Source: a virus (lineage: Duplodnaviria; Caudoviricetes). Taken from it: 25,231 nt of DNA. The notes under the pieces are model-generated. The model did not search any database and was not told the DNA's origin. It saw only the letters and a program-made list of their open reading frames with translations. Made by a program: the position numbers and the translations under genes. The DNA is taken from the IMG/VR virus record IMGVR_UViG_3300027785_002571, positions 1 through 25,231 of that record; one strand, written 5' to 3'. This document shows, piece after piece, positions 8,688 through 15,801 of the stretch. Every line of letters begins with the position of its first letter. The first letter of the stretch is position 1.

Positions 8688-9332
8688 ATGAAAACGATTG
8701 CTTTATTTGTATGTGACCCAAAGTGTTCCATACAATCATCCAATGGGGTGATGAAGGCATTATCGGGAAATTACAACTTTAAACTATTTTCAAAGAATGA
8801 AGTTGAACAAGGTTTTTTTGATGATGTTGAGATGGTCGCATTTCCTGGTGGTTTCGGTGATTCTGATTCATACGATACCATACTGAAAAATAATAAAGAT
8901 GTTGTGGTTGATTTTGTAGCAAGAGGCGGCAAGTATCTTGGTATTTGCATGGGTGCATATTGGGCAGGTAAAGACTACTTCAACATACTTGACAAAGTAG
9001 ATGCGGTACAATATATTAAAAGGCCTAATACTTGTACAAAAAGACCTCATGCAAAGAATATGCCTGTTATGTGGAAAAATCAATCATACAATATGTTTTT
9101 CTATGATGGTTGTGCTTTAGTTGGTGGTGATATGTCTCCATATGAAACTATTGCAACATATAGTAATGGTGACAATATGGCTATCATACAAAATAGAATT
9201 GGTCTAATAGGTTGTCATCCTGAGAGTGAACAATTCTGGTACGATAGTTACAGTTGGTTAAAAGGAAAATATCACCAAGGTGTTCATCATACCTTGTTGT
9301 TAGATTTTGTAAACGAATTAATGGAGAGATAG
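8688..9332 (+). CDS. Class I glutamine amidotransferase-like protein (BPL_N-like)
   Basis: FPGG, GGKYLGICMGAY (nucleophile elbow), FYDG, GCHPE (Cys-His-Glu triad). Confidence 0.8.
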   Translation: MKTIALFVCDPKCSIQSSNGVMKALSGNYNFKLFSKNEVEQGFFDDVEMVAFPGGFGDSDSYDTILKNNKDVVVDFVARGGKYLGICMGAYWAGKDYFNILDKVDAVQYIKRPNTCTKRPHAKNMPVMWKNQSYNMFFYDGCALVGGDMSPYETIATYSNGDNMAIIQNRIGLIGCHPESEQFWYDSYSWLKGKYHQGVHHTLLLDFVNELMER

Positions 9333-9578
9333 ATGAAAAGAATATTAAGATTTACCGCATCATGGTGTGGTCCATGCAAATCATTAGCAATGAATTTAGA
9401 AGAAGCCAATTTATCATTACCGATTGAGGTGATTGATATCGACACACATTCAGAACTTGCTGTTGAATACGGCATTCGAGGTGTGCCAACTTTAATTTTA
9501 ATGGATGGTGCAGTTGAAATTAAACGATTAGTTGGATCCAAAACAGTTTCGGAGTTGAAAGTGTGGGCGTCAGTATGA
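9333..9578 (+). CDS. trxA: Thioredoxin
   Basis: FTASWCGPCK and YGIRGVPTL. Confidence 0.93.
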   Translation: MKRILRFTASWCGPCKSLAMNLEEANLSLPIEVIDIDTHSELAVEYGIRGVPTLILMDGAVEIKRLVGSKTVSELKVWASV

Positions 9579-10561
9579 TTAAGAAAATAGATACACGATT
9601 AACGGATACAAGAGATTCATTTAAACCATTCAACTATCCTTGGGCCTATGATGCATGGTTGAAACATGAACAATCACATTGGCTTCATACCGAAGTTCCA
9701 ATGATGGAAGATGTTAAAGATTGGAAGAAAAAACTATCCAAAGAAGAAAAACAATTTCTTACACACATATTCCGATTCTTTACACAAGGTGATATTGATG
9801 TGGCCGGTGGTTATGTAAAGAATTATCTTCCATACTTTCCTCAACCAGAAGTTCGTATGATGTTGATGGGTTTTGCTGCTCGTGAAGCACTACACGTTGC
9901 AGCATACAGTCACCTTATCGAAACTCTTGGTTTACCAGAAGCAACTTATAACCAATTCTTAGATTATCAAGAAATGAAAGACAAACATGATTATGTGTTA
10001 GACATTTCTTCTAAGAATGGTGATGCCGCCTCAACTGCAACCCATATCGCCGTGTTCAGTGCTTTCACTGAAGGGATGCAGTTGTTCTCCTCTTTCATTA
10101 TGTTGCTTAACTTTCCTCGTACAGGCAAGATGAAAGGTATGGGACAGATTGTTACTTGGTCTATTGTTGATGAAACAATGCACGCCGAATCAATGATTAA
10201 ATTGTTCCGTACCTATATAGAGGAAAACAAAGAGATATGGAACGATGAACTTAAAGGCCGTATATATAGCATTGCAGAAAAGATGGTCGAGTTGGAAGAT
10301 AAGTTTATTGACCTCGCCTTTTCTATGGGCGCTATGGACGGTCTATCTAGTGAAGATGTCAAGAAGTATATCCGTTATATTGCTGACAGGCGTCTTATAT
10401 CTCTTGGTCTTAAAGGCATTTTTAAAGTAAAAAAGAATCCTCTTCCATGGGTTGAGGAAATGATTAACGCACCAACACATACAAACTTCTTTGAGAACCG
10501 TGCAACCGATTATGCAAAGGGTGCATTATCAGGTGACTGGGGTGATGTTTGGGCTAACTAA
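9575..10561 (+). CDS. nrdB: Ribonucleotide reductase class I beta subunit
   Basis: Start probably ATG 9575 (ATGA overlap); FFTQGD, REALH..AY (Tyr radical site), FTEG..LF, DETMH, NFFENRATDY. Confidence 0.96.
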   Translation: MIKKIDTRLTDTRDSFKPFNYPWAYDAWLKHEQSHWLHTEVPMMEDVKDWKKKLSKEEKQFLTHIFRFFTQGDIDVAGGYVKNYLPYFPQPEVRMMLMGFAAREALHVAAYSHLIETLGLPEATYNQFLDYQEMKDKHDYVLDISSKNGDAASTATHIAVFSAFTEGMQLFSSFIMLLNFPRTGKMKGMGQIVTWSIVDETMHAESMIKLFRTYIEENKEIWNDELKGRIYSIAEKMVELEDKFIDLAFSMGAMDGLSSEDVKKYIRYIADRRLISLGLKGIFKVKKNPLPWVEEMINAPTHTNFFENRATDYAKGALSGDWGDVWAN

Positions 10562-11323
10562 ATGAAAACCTATAAAAGTATATTCATTAGTGATGTACAC
10601 CTTGGTACAAAAGATAGTCAAGCAAATAAACTTAATAATTTTCTAAAACATAATAGTTGTGAAACACTTTATCTTGTTGGAGATGTTATTGACGCATGGA
10701 AAATCAAACAAAACAAATGGCGTTGGAAACAAAGCCATACAAATGTTGTCCGCAGAATACTTGGTCATGCCAAACGTGGAACTAAAGTTATATACATTGC
10801 CGGCAACCATGATGAGTTTCTAAGGCCTTTTATCCAGTATAATATAGAGTTTGGTTTGATAGAAGTGGCTAATCAAACAGAACATATTGGTATAGATGGC
10901 AAACACTATCTCGTAGTACACGGAGACTTATTTGATGGTATCACTAGATTAGCACCTTGGTTAGCAATATTAGGAGACAAAGCATATGATTTCATTCTTG
11001 GACTCAATACTAGGATTAATTGGATTCGTCACCGTATGGGTTTTGGGTACTTTAGCCTTAGCCTGTTCCTTAAACAACGGGTCAAAAAAGCAGTAGATTT
11101 TATATTTCATTTTGAAAAGAATCTTGCCCAATATTGCAAGAAGCGAGGATTTGATGGTGTGATTTGTGGCCACATACATCACGCTGAAATCAAAGAAATT
11201 GACGGTGTGATGTATATGAATGATGGTGACTGGGTTGAATCTTGTACTGCATTAGTTGAACACCACGATGGTCGTTGGGAAATAGTAACTTGGACACAGG
11301 AGAGCGATGATGTTGCAGAATAA
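10562..11323 (+). CDS. Calcineurin-like metallophosphoesterase of the PlcP / LpxH-like (YbbF) family
   Basis: FISDVHLG, YLVGDVIDAW, W.QSHTNVVRRILGHAKRGT, GNHDEFLR, HGDLFD, GDKAYD, GVICGHIHH, YMNDGDWVESCTALVE. Confidence 0.88.
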   Translation: MKTYKSIFISDVHLGTKDSQANKLNNFLKHNSCETLYLVGDVIDAWKIKQNKWRWKQSHTNVVRRILGHAKRGTKVIYIAGNHDEFLRPFIQYNIEFGLIEVANQTEHIGIDGKHYLVVHGDLFDGITRLAPWLAILGDKAYDFILGLNTRINWIRHRMGFGYFSLSLFLKQRVKKAVDFIFHFEKNLAQYCKKRGFDGVICGHIHHAEIKEIDGVMYMNDGDWVESCTALVEHHDGRWEIVTWTQESDDVAE

Positions 11324-12017
11324 AATCACTATAGTGGTACCTTGTAAAAATGAACAAGATTACATTGGACATTTGTTAATGCATCTGCGCCAGCAAAACA
11401 TAGGTAATACCAGAATCATTATTGCTGATTGTTCGACAGACGATACACGAAAAGTTATTCAAGCATTGAAATGGTCGTTGAATGTTGAAGTGATTGAAGG
11501 TGGCCCAGTTTCTGTTGCAAAAAATAATGGAGCCAAACTTGTCACAACGCCATATATACTGTTTATAGATAGTGATGTGAGATTTTTCTCCGATACAGTT
11601 ATATCTGATTGTGTTGATGAAATAGAAAAAAACAATTTAGATTTAATTGGATTATATGTTAAATGTTATGATGGTGATAAAAGAGCACAAATAGGTTTCA
11701 TGTTATTTAATGCAATTAACAATATGATGAAACATTTCTCACCTTTTGCAGTTGGTGCTTTCATGTTAACACGTACAGAGAAATTTCTTGAACTTGGTGG
11801 TTTTGAGGAAAAGCATGGAACAAGTGAAGACTTTTTCTTATCGCAAAAATATGATATCGAAAAATTCAAACTAATGAATCATTATTTTGGCCAAGATAGT
11901 AGAAGATTTGAAAAGATGGGATATTTTGGTATGGCCTGGTATCTCATTAAAAATTTTTGGAATAGAAACAACGAAAAATATTGGAACAATATAGATTATT
12001 CAAAATATTGGAAATAA
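11307..12017 (+). CDS. Glycosyltransferase family 2
   Basis: ITIVVPCKNE, IIIAD.STD.T, A.N.GA, LFIDSD (DxD), GAF.L, GGF...SED, DSRRF. Confidence 0.9.
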   Translation: MMLQNKITIVVPCKNEQDYIGHLLMHLRQQNIGNTRIIIADCSTDDTRKVIQALKWSLNVEVIEGGPVSVAKNNGAKLVTTPYILFIDSDVRFFSDTVISDCVDEIEKNNLDLIGLYVKCYDGDKRAQIGFMLFNAINNMMKHFSPFAVGAFMLTRTEKFLELGGFEEKHGTSEDFFLSQKYDIEKFKLMNHYFGQDSRRFEKMGYFGMAWYLIKNFWNRNNEKYWNNIDYSKYWK

Positions 12018-12027
12018 AGGAAATCAA

Positions 12028-12216
12028 ATGACAACAAGAGAAATAACAGCAGAGTGTAATAGTTGTGAATCTAGTTTTGAGGTAAATTATATGGAAGAAC
12101 TAGTATCAGAAGATTTACCCGAGTTTTGCCCATTTTGTGGCGAACACATTGATTCATTGTCCGAAGAAGAATATATAGAGGATGATGAACTCAATGATGA
12201 TGAAAAATGGGACTAA
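12028..12216 (+). CDS. Small zinc-ribbon protein with acidic tail
   Basis: CNSC...CPFCG and a D/E-rich C-terminus; AAGGA RBS. Confidence 0.75.
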   Translation: MTTREITAECNSCESSFEVNYMEELVSEDLPEFCPFCGEHIDSLSEEEYIEDDELNDDEKWD

Positions 12217-12620
12217 ACTGGATATACGAAAATAAAGAATTTACGGAAGACTTAATTGGTGACAACTACGGATTTGTGTATCTTATAACCAACAGTGTGA
12301 CGAACAAAAAATACATTGGTAAAAAGTTTTTCTACTCCTCAAAGACTAGACAAGTAAAAGGTAAGAAGAAACGTTTCAAAGTTTCTTCAGACTGGCAAAC
12401 TTACTACGGAAGTAACGAGGAATTGAAAAAAGATGTTATAATACACGGACTAGATTCGTTTAGTCGAAAAATAATTCATTTATGCAAAAGTAAAGGTGAA
12501 TGTGGTTATCTTGAGGCCAAAGAACAGTTTGTAAATGGTGCTCTGGAGACGGATGACTATTACAATTCATGGATTATGGTCAGAGTAAGAAAATCACATA
12601 TTAAAGGATTGCAATGCTAG
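12207..12620 (+). CDS. GIY-YIG family nuclease-like protein
   Basis: GFVYLITN...KKYIGKK, W..YYGS, YLE...Q, YYN. Confidence 0.8.
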   Translation: MGLNWIYENKEFTEDLIGDNYGFVYLITNSVTNKKYIGKKFFYSSKTRQVKGKKKRFKVSSDWQTYYGSNEELKKDVIIHGLDSFSRKIIHLCKSKGECGYLEAKEQFVNGALETDDYYNSWIMVRVRKSHIKGLQC

Positions 12621-12952
12621 ATTTTTTAAAAGATATTGTGGATTATGACGCATTGTTTTTTCTACCAATGAAAGAAGATGATGAGATAAACATTATATCA
12701 AATATATACAAAAATCCTGGAATACCAATGGAAGAAACACTTGTTGGGCCATGGTGGCACGTAATACTATTTCAAACCGATGAGGAAACCGGTAAAGTTG
12801 ATAAACTTGATACCTTTGATGCGGTATTGTCGGATCCTAGAGAATACATTTCTGGATTAATACCAAACGGTTGGTATGGCATCATTGCCAAGAAAACCAC
12901 GACCTCACCTGAATTTTACCAAGATGCACTTGACAAGTTTGCAGCAATGTAG
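12614..12952 (+). CDS. Hypothetical protein
   Basis: 112-aa ORF with AAGGA RBS, fills the gap to the next promoter. Confidence 0.7.
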   Translation: MLDFLKDIVDYDALFFLPMKEDDEINIISNIYKNPGIPMEETLVGPWWHVILFQTDEETGKVDKLDTFDAVLSDPREYISGLIPNGWYGIIAKKTTTSPEFYQDALDKFAAM

Positions 12953-12958
12953 TACAAT
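12930..12958 (+). promoter_or_regulatory. Sigma70-type promoter upstream of rnh
   Basis: TTGACA (12930-35), 17 bp spacer, TACAAT (12953-58). Confidence 0.8.
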
Positions 12959-12984
12959 ACACATATCTTAAACTGAAAGTTATT

Positions 12985-13848
12985 ATGATTCTTGTTGACC
13001 TTAACCAGGTATTACTAGCCGGACTGATGGCACAAATTGCCAGTCAAAAAGGTGTTAAATTAGAAGAAGGTCTTATTAGACACATGGTCCTGAACATACT
13101 CAGGACTCACCTAAAGAACTTCCGTGAAGAATATGGTGAGGTTGTGTTGTGTGCTGACAACCGTAAATACTGGCGCAAGGATTTCTTTCCTTTCTACAAA
13201 GCCGGCCGTAAAAAATCCAGAGAGAAGTCCGAGCTCGACTGGCATTTAATCTTTGATATGCTTACCAAATTCAAGCAAGAACTCAGAGACAATTTCCCAT
13301 ATAAAGTTATTGATGTTGATGGTGCAGAGGCTGATGATATCATTGGTACACTTGTGCCTCGTCATATCATGCACGAAAACGTTTTAATCATCTCAAGTGA
13401 TGGCGACTTCTTACAGTTACAAATGTATAATGGTCGAAGTGAATTTACAGTCAAACAATACAATCCTGCACAGAAGAAATTTCTTATTTCCAAGAATCCA
13501 ATGGATGAGTTGAAAGAGAAAATCATACATGGTGATAAGGGTGATGGCATTCCAAACATTCTTTCATCAAGTGATACCTTTGTCCGTGAAATTCGTCAAA
13601 AGGTGATGACAGAGGCCAAACTAACCAAATTCATGTCACAAGAATATGGTAACTATGAAGATGAAAATGCACGTATTGGTTTTTCACGCAACCAAACACT
13701 GATTGACCTGAGAAACATACCAGGTGACATACAGACCAAAATTATAAATACTTATGAAGAAACGAAGCCAGCACCTAAGGGTAAAATACTGGATTATTTG
13801 ATTACAAACAAACTGAAAAGTTTAATAGATGTTATTGGGGAATTTTAA
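12985..13848 (+). CDS. rnh: T4-type RNase H / 5'-3' exonuclease
   Basis: MILVDLNQV, YWRKDFFPFYKAGRKK.R, EADDIIG, SSDGDFLQLQ, GDKGDGIPN, RNQTLIDL..IP. Confidence 0.94.
   Translation: MILVDLNQVLLAGLMAQIASQKGVKLEEGLIRHMVLNILRTHLKNFREEYGEVVLCADNRKYWRKDFFPFYKAGRKKSREKSELDWHLIFDMLTKFKQELRDNFPYKVIDVDGAEADDIIGTLVPRHIMHENVLIISSDGDFLQLQMYNGRSEFTVKQYNPAQKKFLISKNPMDELKEKIIHGDKGDGIPNILSSSDTFVREIRQKVMTEAKLTKFMSQEYGNYEDENARIGFSRNQTLIDLRNIPGDIQTKIINTYEETKPAPKGKILDYLITNKLKSLIDVIGEF
13743..13750 (+). promoter_or_regulatory. Possible T4-type late promoter
   Basis: Exact TATAAATA within the 3' end of rnh, about 100 bp before the next gene; may be chance in AT-rich DNA. Confidence 0.3.
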
Positions 13849-14273
13849 TGAAATCGTTATATGAAGTGTTTGATGAATTTGAGTTAGCTAAGAATAAAAA
13901 AGAACGTATGGATGTAATTTCTAAAAATCTTACACAAACGTTAGTTGATGTGTTGAGATTGGCCTATCATCCTACTATACAGTGGAAAATAAAAGAATTA
14001 CCAGAAAATTATAGAGTACCAACAGATATGTTACCTGGTATTACACATGATAGTTTAAATGGCCAGATTCGTAGGCTGTATATGTTTATGGTTGGCGATC
14101 CAACAGCAGAAAAATTAAATGAATCACGTAGAAATGAATTGTTGATTCAAATGTTAGAATCAATTGAACCTAGAGAAGCAGAAGTACTACTTGGTATCTT
14201 CCAAAAAGATTTAGGTGTTAAAGGCTTGGATTATAAATTTGTAAAAGAGGCATTTCCCGACATGTTACCATGA
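13848..14273 (+). CDS. Conserved T4-like phage hypothetical protein
   Basis: L..E/Q.RRLY.F..G...RR..L.IQMLE...P.EA.......K.L.......V.EAFP pattern recalled from proteins following rnh in marine T4-like phages. Confidence 0.75.
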   Translation: MKSLYEVFDEFELAKNKKERMDVISKNLTQTLVDVLRLAYHPTIQWKIKELPENYRVPTDMLPGITHDSLNGQIRRLYMFMVGDPTAEKLNESRRNELLIQMLESIEPREAEVLLGIFQKDLGVKGLDYKFVKEAFPDMLP

Positions 14274-14650
14274 CAAAAAAAGAAAACATAATTGTTATAG
14301 CTGGTGAGTATGATCCTTTAACTTATGTTGATTTTGCATTACTTAAAGCCTGTAAGGCCAAAGGTGATTGGTTAATTGTTGGTGTACATTCAGATTCATA
14401 TATGGAATTATGTCGAGGTGGTGCAAAAAACACATATGACCAAAGAAGGGAAGTAATTGAAAGCTTTCCATTTGTGGATGAAGTTTTTAGATTCAATGAT
14501 TTTGATGGAACTTCATGCAATCTATTAAAACTTGTTAAATTGTGTTATCCAATATCAAATATAATTTTTGTTTCAGAAAGAAACATGCAAGATATGCCAG
14601 AAGCACGTATTCGTGGCGTTATATTTACGACCTATGAGATTATCAAATAA
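14270..14650 (+). CDS. Cytidylyltransferase-like (RfaE/TagD fold), HxGH motif degenerate
   Basis: G.YDPL, GDWLIVGVHSD, R.EVIES..FVDEV.RFND.D; the HxGH positions read TYVD. Confidence 0.75.
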   Translation: MTKKENIIVIAGEYDPLTYVDFALLKACKAKGDWLIVGVHSDSYMELCRGGAKNTYDQRREVIESFPFVDEVFRFNDFDGTSCNLLKLVKLCYPISNIIFVSERNMQDMPEARIRGVIFTTYEIIK

Positions 14651-14664
14651 GGAGATTAGTTAAA

Positions 14665-14850
14665 GTGTCTAAAGTTTTTGGAAAATTTCGTAATTATGAT
14701 TACGAAGAAGGTGCGGACTTCCAACCTAGAAAAAAGAAGAAGTATGAGCAAAAATCCTCACGGAAGAAATCTAATTATGAAGATTATGATTTCAGAGGAT
14801 ATGAAGATTATCAGAAACCGGCCAGAAAAAAAGATAGACACTTCAATTAA
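14665..14850 (+). CDS. Small charged hypothetical protein
   Basis: AAGGAG RBS, GTG start, K/R/D/Y-rich. Confidence 0.65.
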   Translation: MSKVFGKFRNYDYEEGADFQPRKKKKYEQKSSRKKSNYEDYDFRGYEDYQKPARKKDRHFN

Positions 14851-14855
14851 TCTTG

Positions 14856-14908
14856 TGTTGTTATTTTACAACATACCTATTGCCATGCAGTGAATAGTCG
14901 AGTATAAT
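14856..14908 (+). promoter_or_regulatory. Palindromic operator plus sigma70-type promoter
   Basis: TGTTG-N8-CAACA (14856-73), 6 bp, TTGCCA (14880-85), 17 bp, TATAAT (14903-08). Confidence 0.8.
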
Positions 14909-14934
14909 AAACATATTCGATTAGGAGATATATT

Positions 14935-15264
14935 ATGTTGATTTATGTGCGTACACCAAAGTCCAAGAAAAAACTCGGACCAAAATCCGTTCGGGAACAG
15001 TATGAACAATGGTTAAAATCGCATGAATCCACAAAAAATATCAAAAAAACAACTTCTACATTTTTATATAAGTTGACTACACCTGCTGGACGTGAAACTG
15101 TACGTTATCCGTCACTAGATACAGGCCTAGGTGTAGCTACAAAGCCATCACCAAAGATTTATACTGGTGACAAAGTGATGGGAATTGCAACAATGCACAA
15201 ATCAAATGCTGTACCTGTGTTTAACAGCGAAGAAGCAGTAGAAATTTCAAGAATGAGGCGCTAA
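14935..15264 (+). CDS. Basic hypothetical phage protein
   Basis: AGGAG RBS; C-terminal YTG..V.GIATMHKSNAVPV..EEA.EISRMRR motif. Confidence 0.75.
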   Translation: MLIYVRTPKSKKKLGPKSVREQYEQWLKSHESTKNIKKTTSTFLYKLTTPAGRETVRYPSLDTGLGVATKPSPKIYTGDKVMGIATMHKSNAVPVFNSEEAVEISRMRR

Positions 15265-15265
15265 A

Positions 15266-15418
15266 ATGAGTAAGAAAATGAGTTTTGTTGTAAAACTACA
15301 ACGTCCTGTGTGTCGTACACCGATTAAGCCGGTTCAAGCTCACAAAAATGTCGTAAAATATAGTCGTAAAGATGAGAAAAAGACAATTTTGTCGCAAATT
15401 GCTGTTGTAGGAGACTAA
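15266..15418 (+). CDS. Small basic protein (50 aa, not in ORF track)
   Basis: MSKKMSFVVKLQRPVCRTPIKPVQAHKNVVKYSRKDEKKTILSQIAVVGD; tiles between neighbours with 1-bp gaps. Confidence 0.55.
   Translation: MSKKMSFVVKLQRPVCRTPIKPVQAHKNVVKYSRKDEKKTILSQIAVVGD
15286..15303. promoter_or_regulatory. Third copy of the palindromic motif
   Basis: TGTTG-TAAAACTA-CAACG; core GTTGTA-AAAC-TACAAC is a perfect inverted repeat. Confidence 0.5.
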
Positions 15419-15419
15419 A

Positions 15420-15566
15420 ATGTCGCAAAACACTGAGCTAAAACAAGAACCGCAAGAGCCTATTGACTGGAAATCTTTGGATGAGGTCACCCGTAAATGG
15501 GCCGTCATGTCCCAATGGGAAGATGACCAAGATTGGTACAAAAGAATGAAAGAATACTATGAATAA
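15420..15566 (+). CDS. Small acidic protein (48 aa, not in ORF track)
   Basis: AGGAG RBS; MSQNTELKQEPQEPIDWKSLDEVTRKWAVMSQWEDDQDWYKRMKEYYE. Confidence 0.6.
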   Translation: MSQNTELKQEPQEPIDWKSLDEVTRKWAVMSQWEDDQDWYKRMKEYYE

Positions 15567-15753
15567 AGTATATAATGTTGAGGATTTATTCCAGGATATT
15601 CCTGGAGATCCCGGTAACGTCATGCTCACCTTTCCTCCAGAATTAATTGAAGAAACCGGATGGAAAGCCGGTGACAATTTAAATATTGAACTTATAGAAG
15701 GTCGGATTCATATTGAAAAAGTAGATGTTGTACCGGAACAACAAACCACTTGA
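15559..15753 (+). CDS. AbrB/MazE/SpoVT-like DNA-binding protein
   Basis: G.VMLTFPPELIEETGWKAGD.L.I.L..G.I.I.K swapped-hairpin pattern. Confidence 0.75.
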   Translation: MNKVYNVEDLFQDIPGDPGNVMLTFPPELIEETGWKAGDNLNIELIEGRIHIEKVDVVPEQQTT

Positions 15754-15778
15754 TTGTTAACAGTATGTGTGATATAAT
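15726..15778 (+). promoter_or_regulatory. Palindromic operator plus sigma70-type promoter (extended -10)
   Basis: TGTTG-N8-CAACA (15726-43), 6 bp, TTGATT (15750-55), 17 bp, TG-n-TATAAT (15770-78). Confidence 0.8.
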
Positions 15779-15801
15779 ACAGTTATTACACAGGAGTTGT
15801 T

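Noticed and set aside
12207-12620. GIY-YIG gene as mobile homing endonuclease or intron
   Set aside because: Short, no C-terminal DNA-binding domain, interrupts no gene; nrdA, nrdB and thyX are uninterrupted with no intron or intein.
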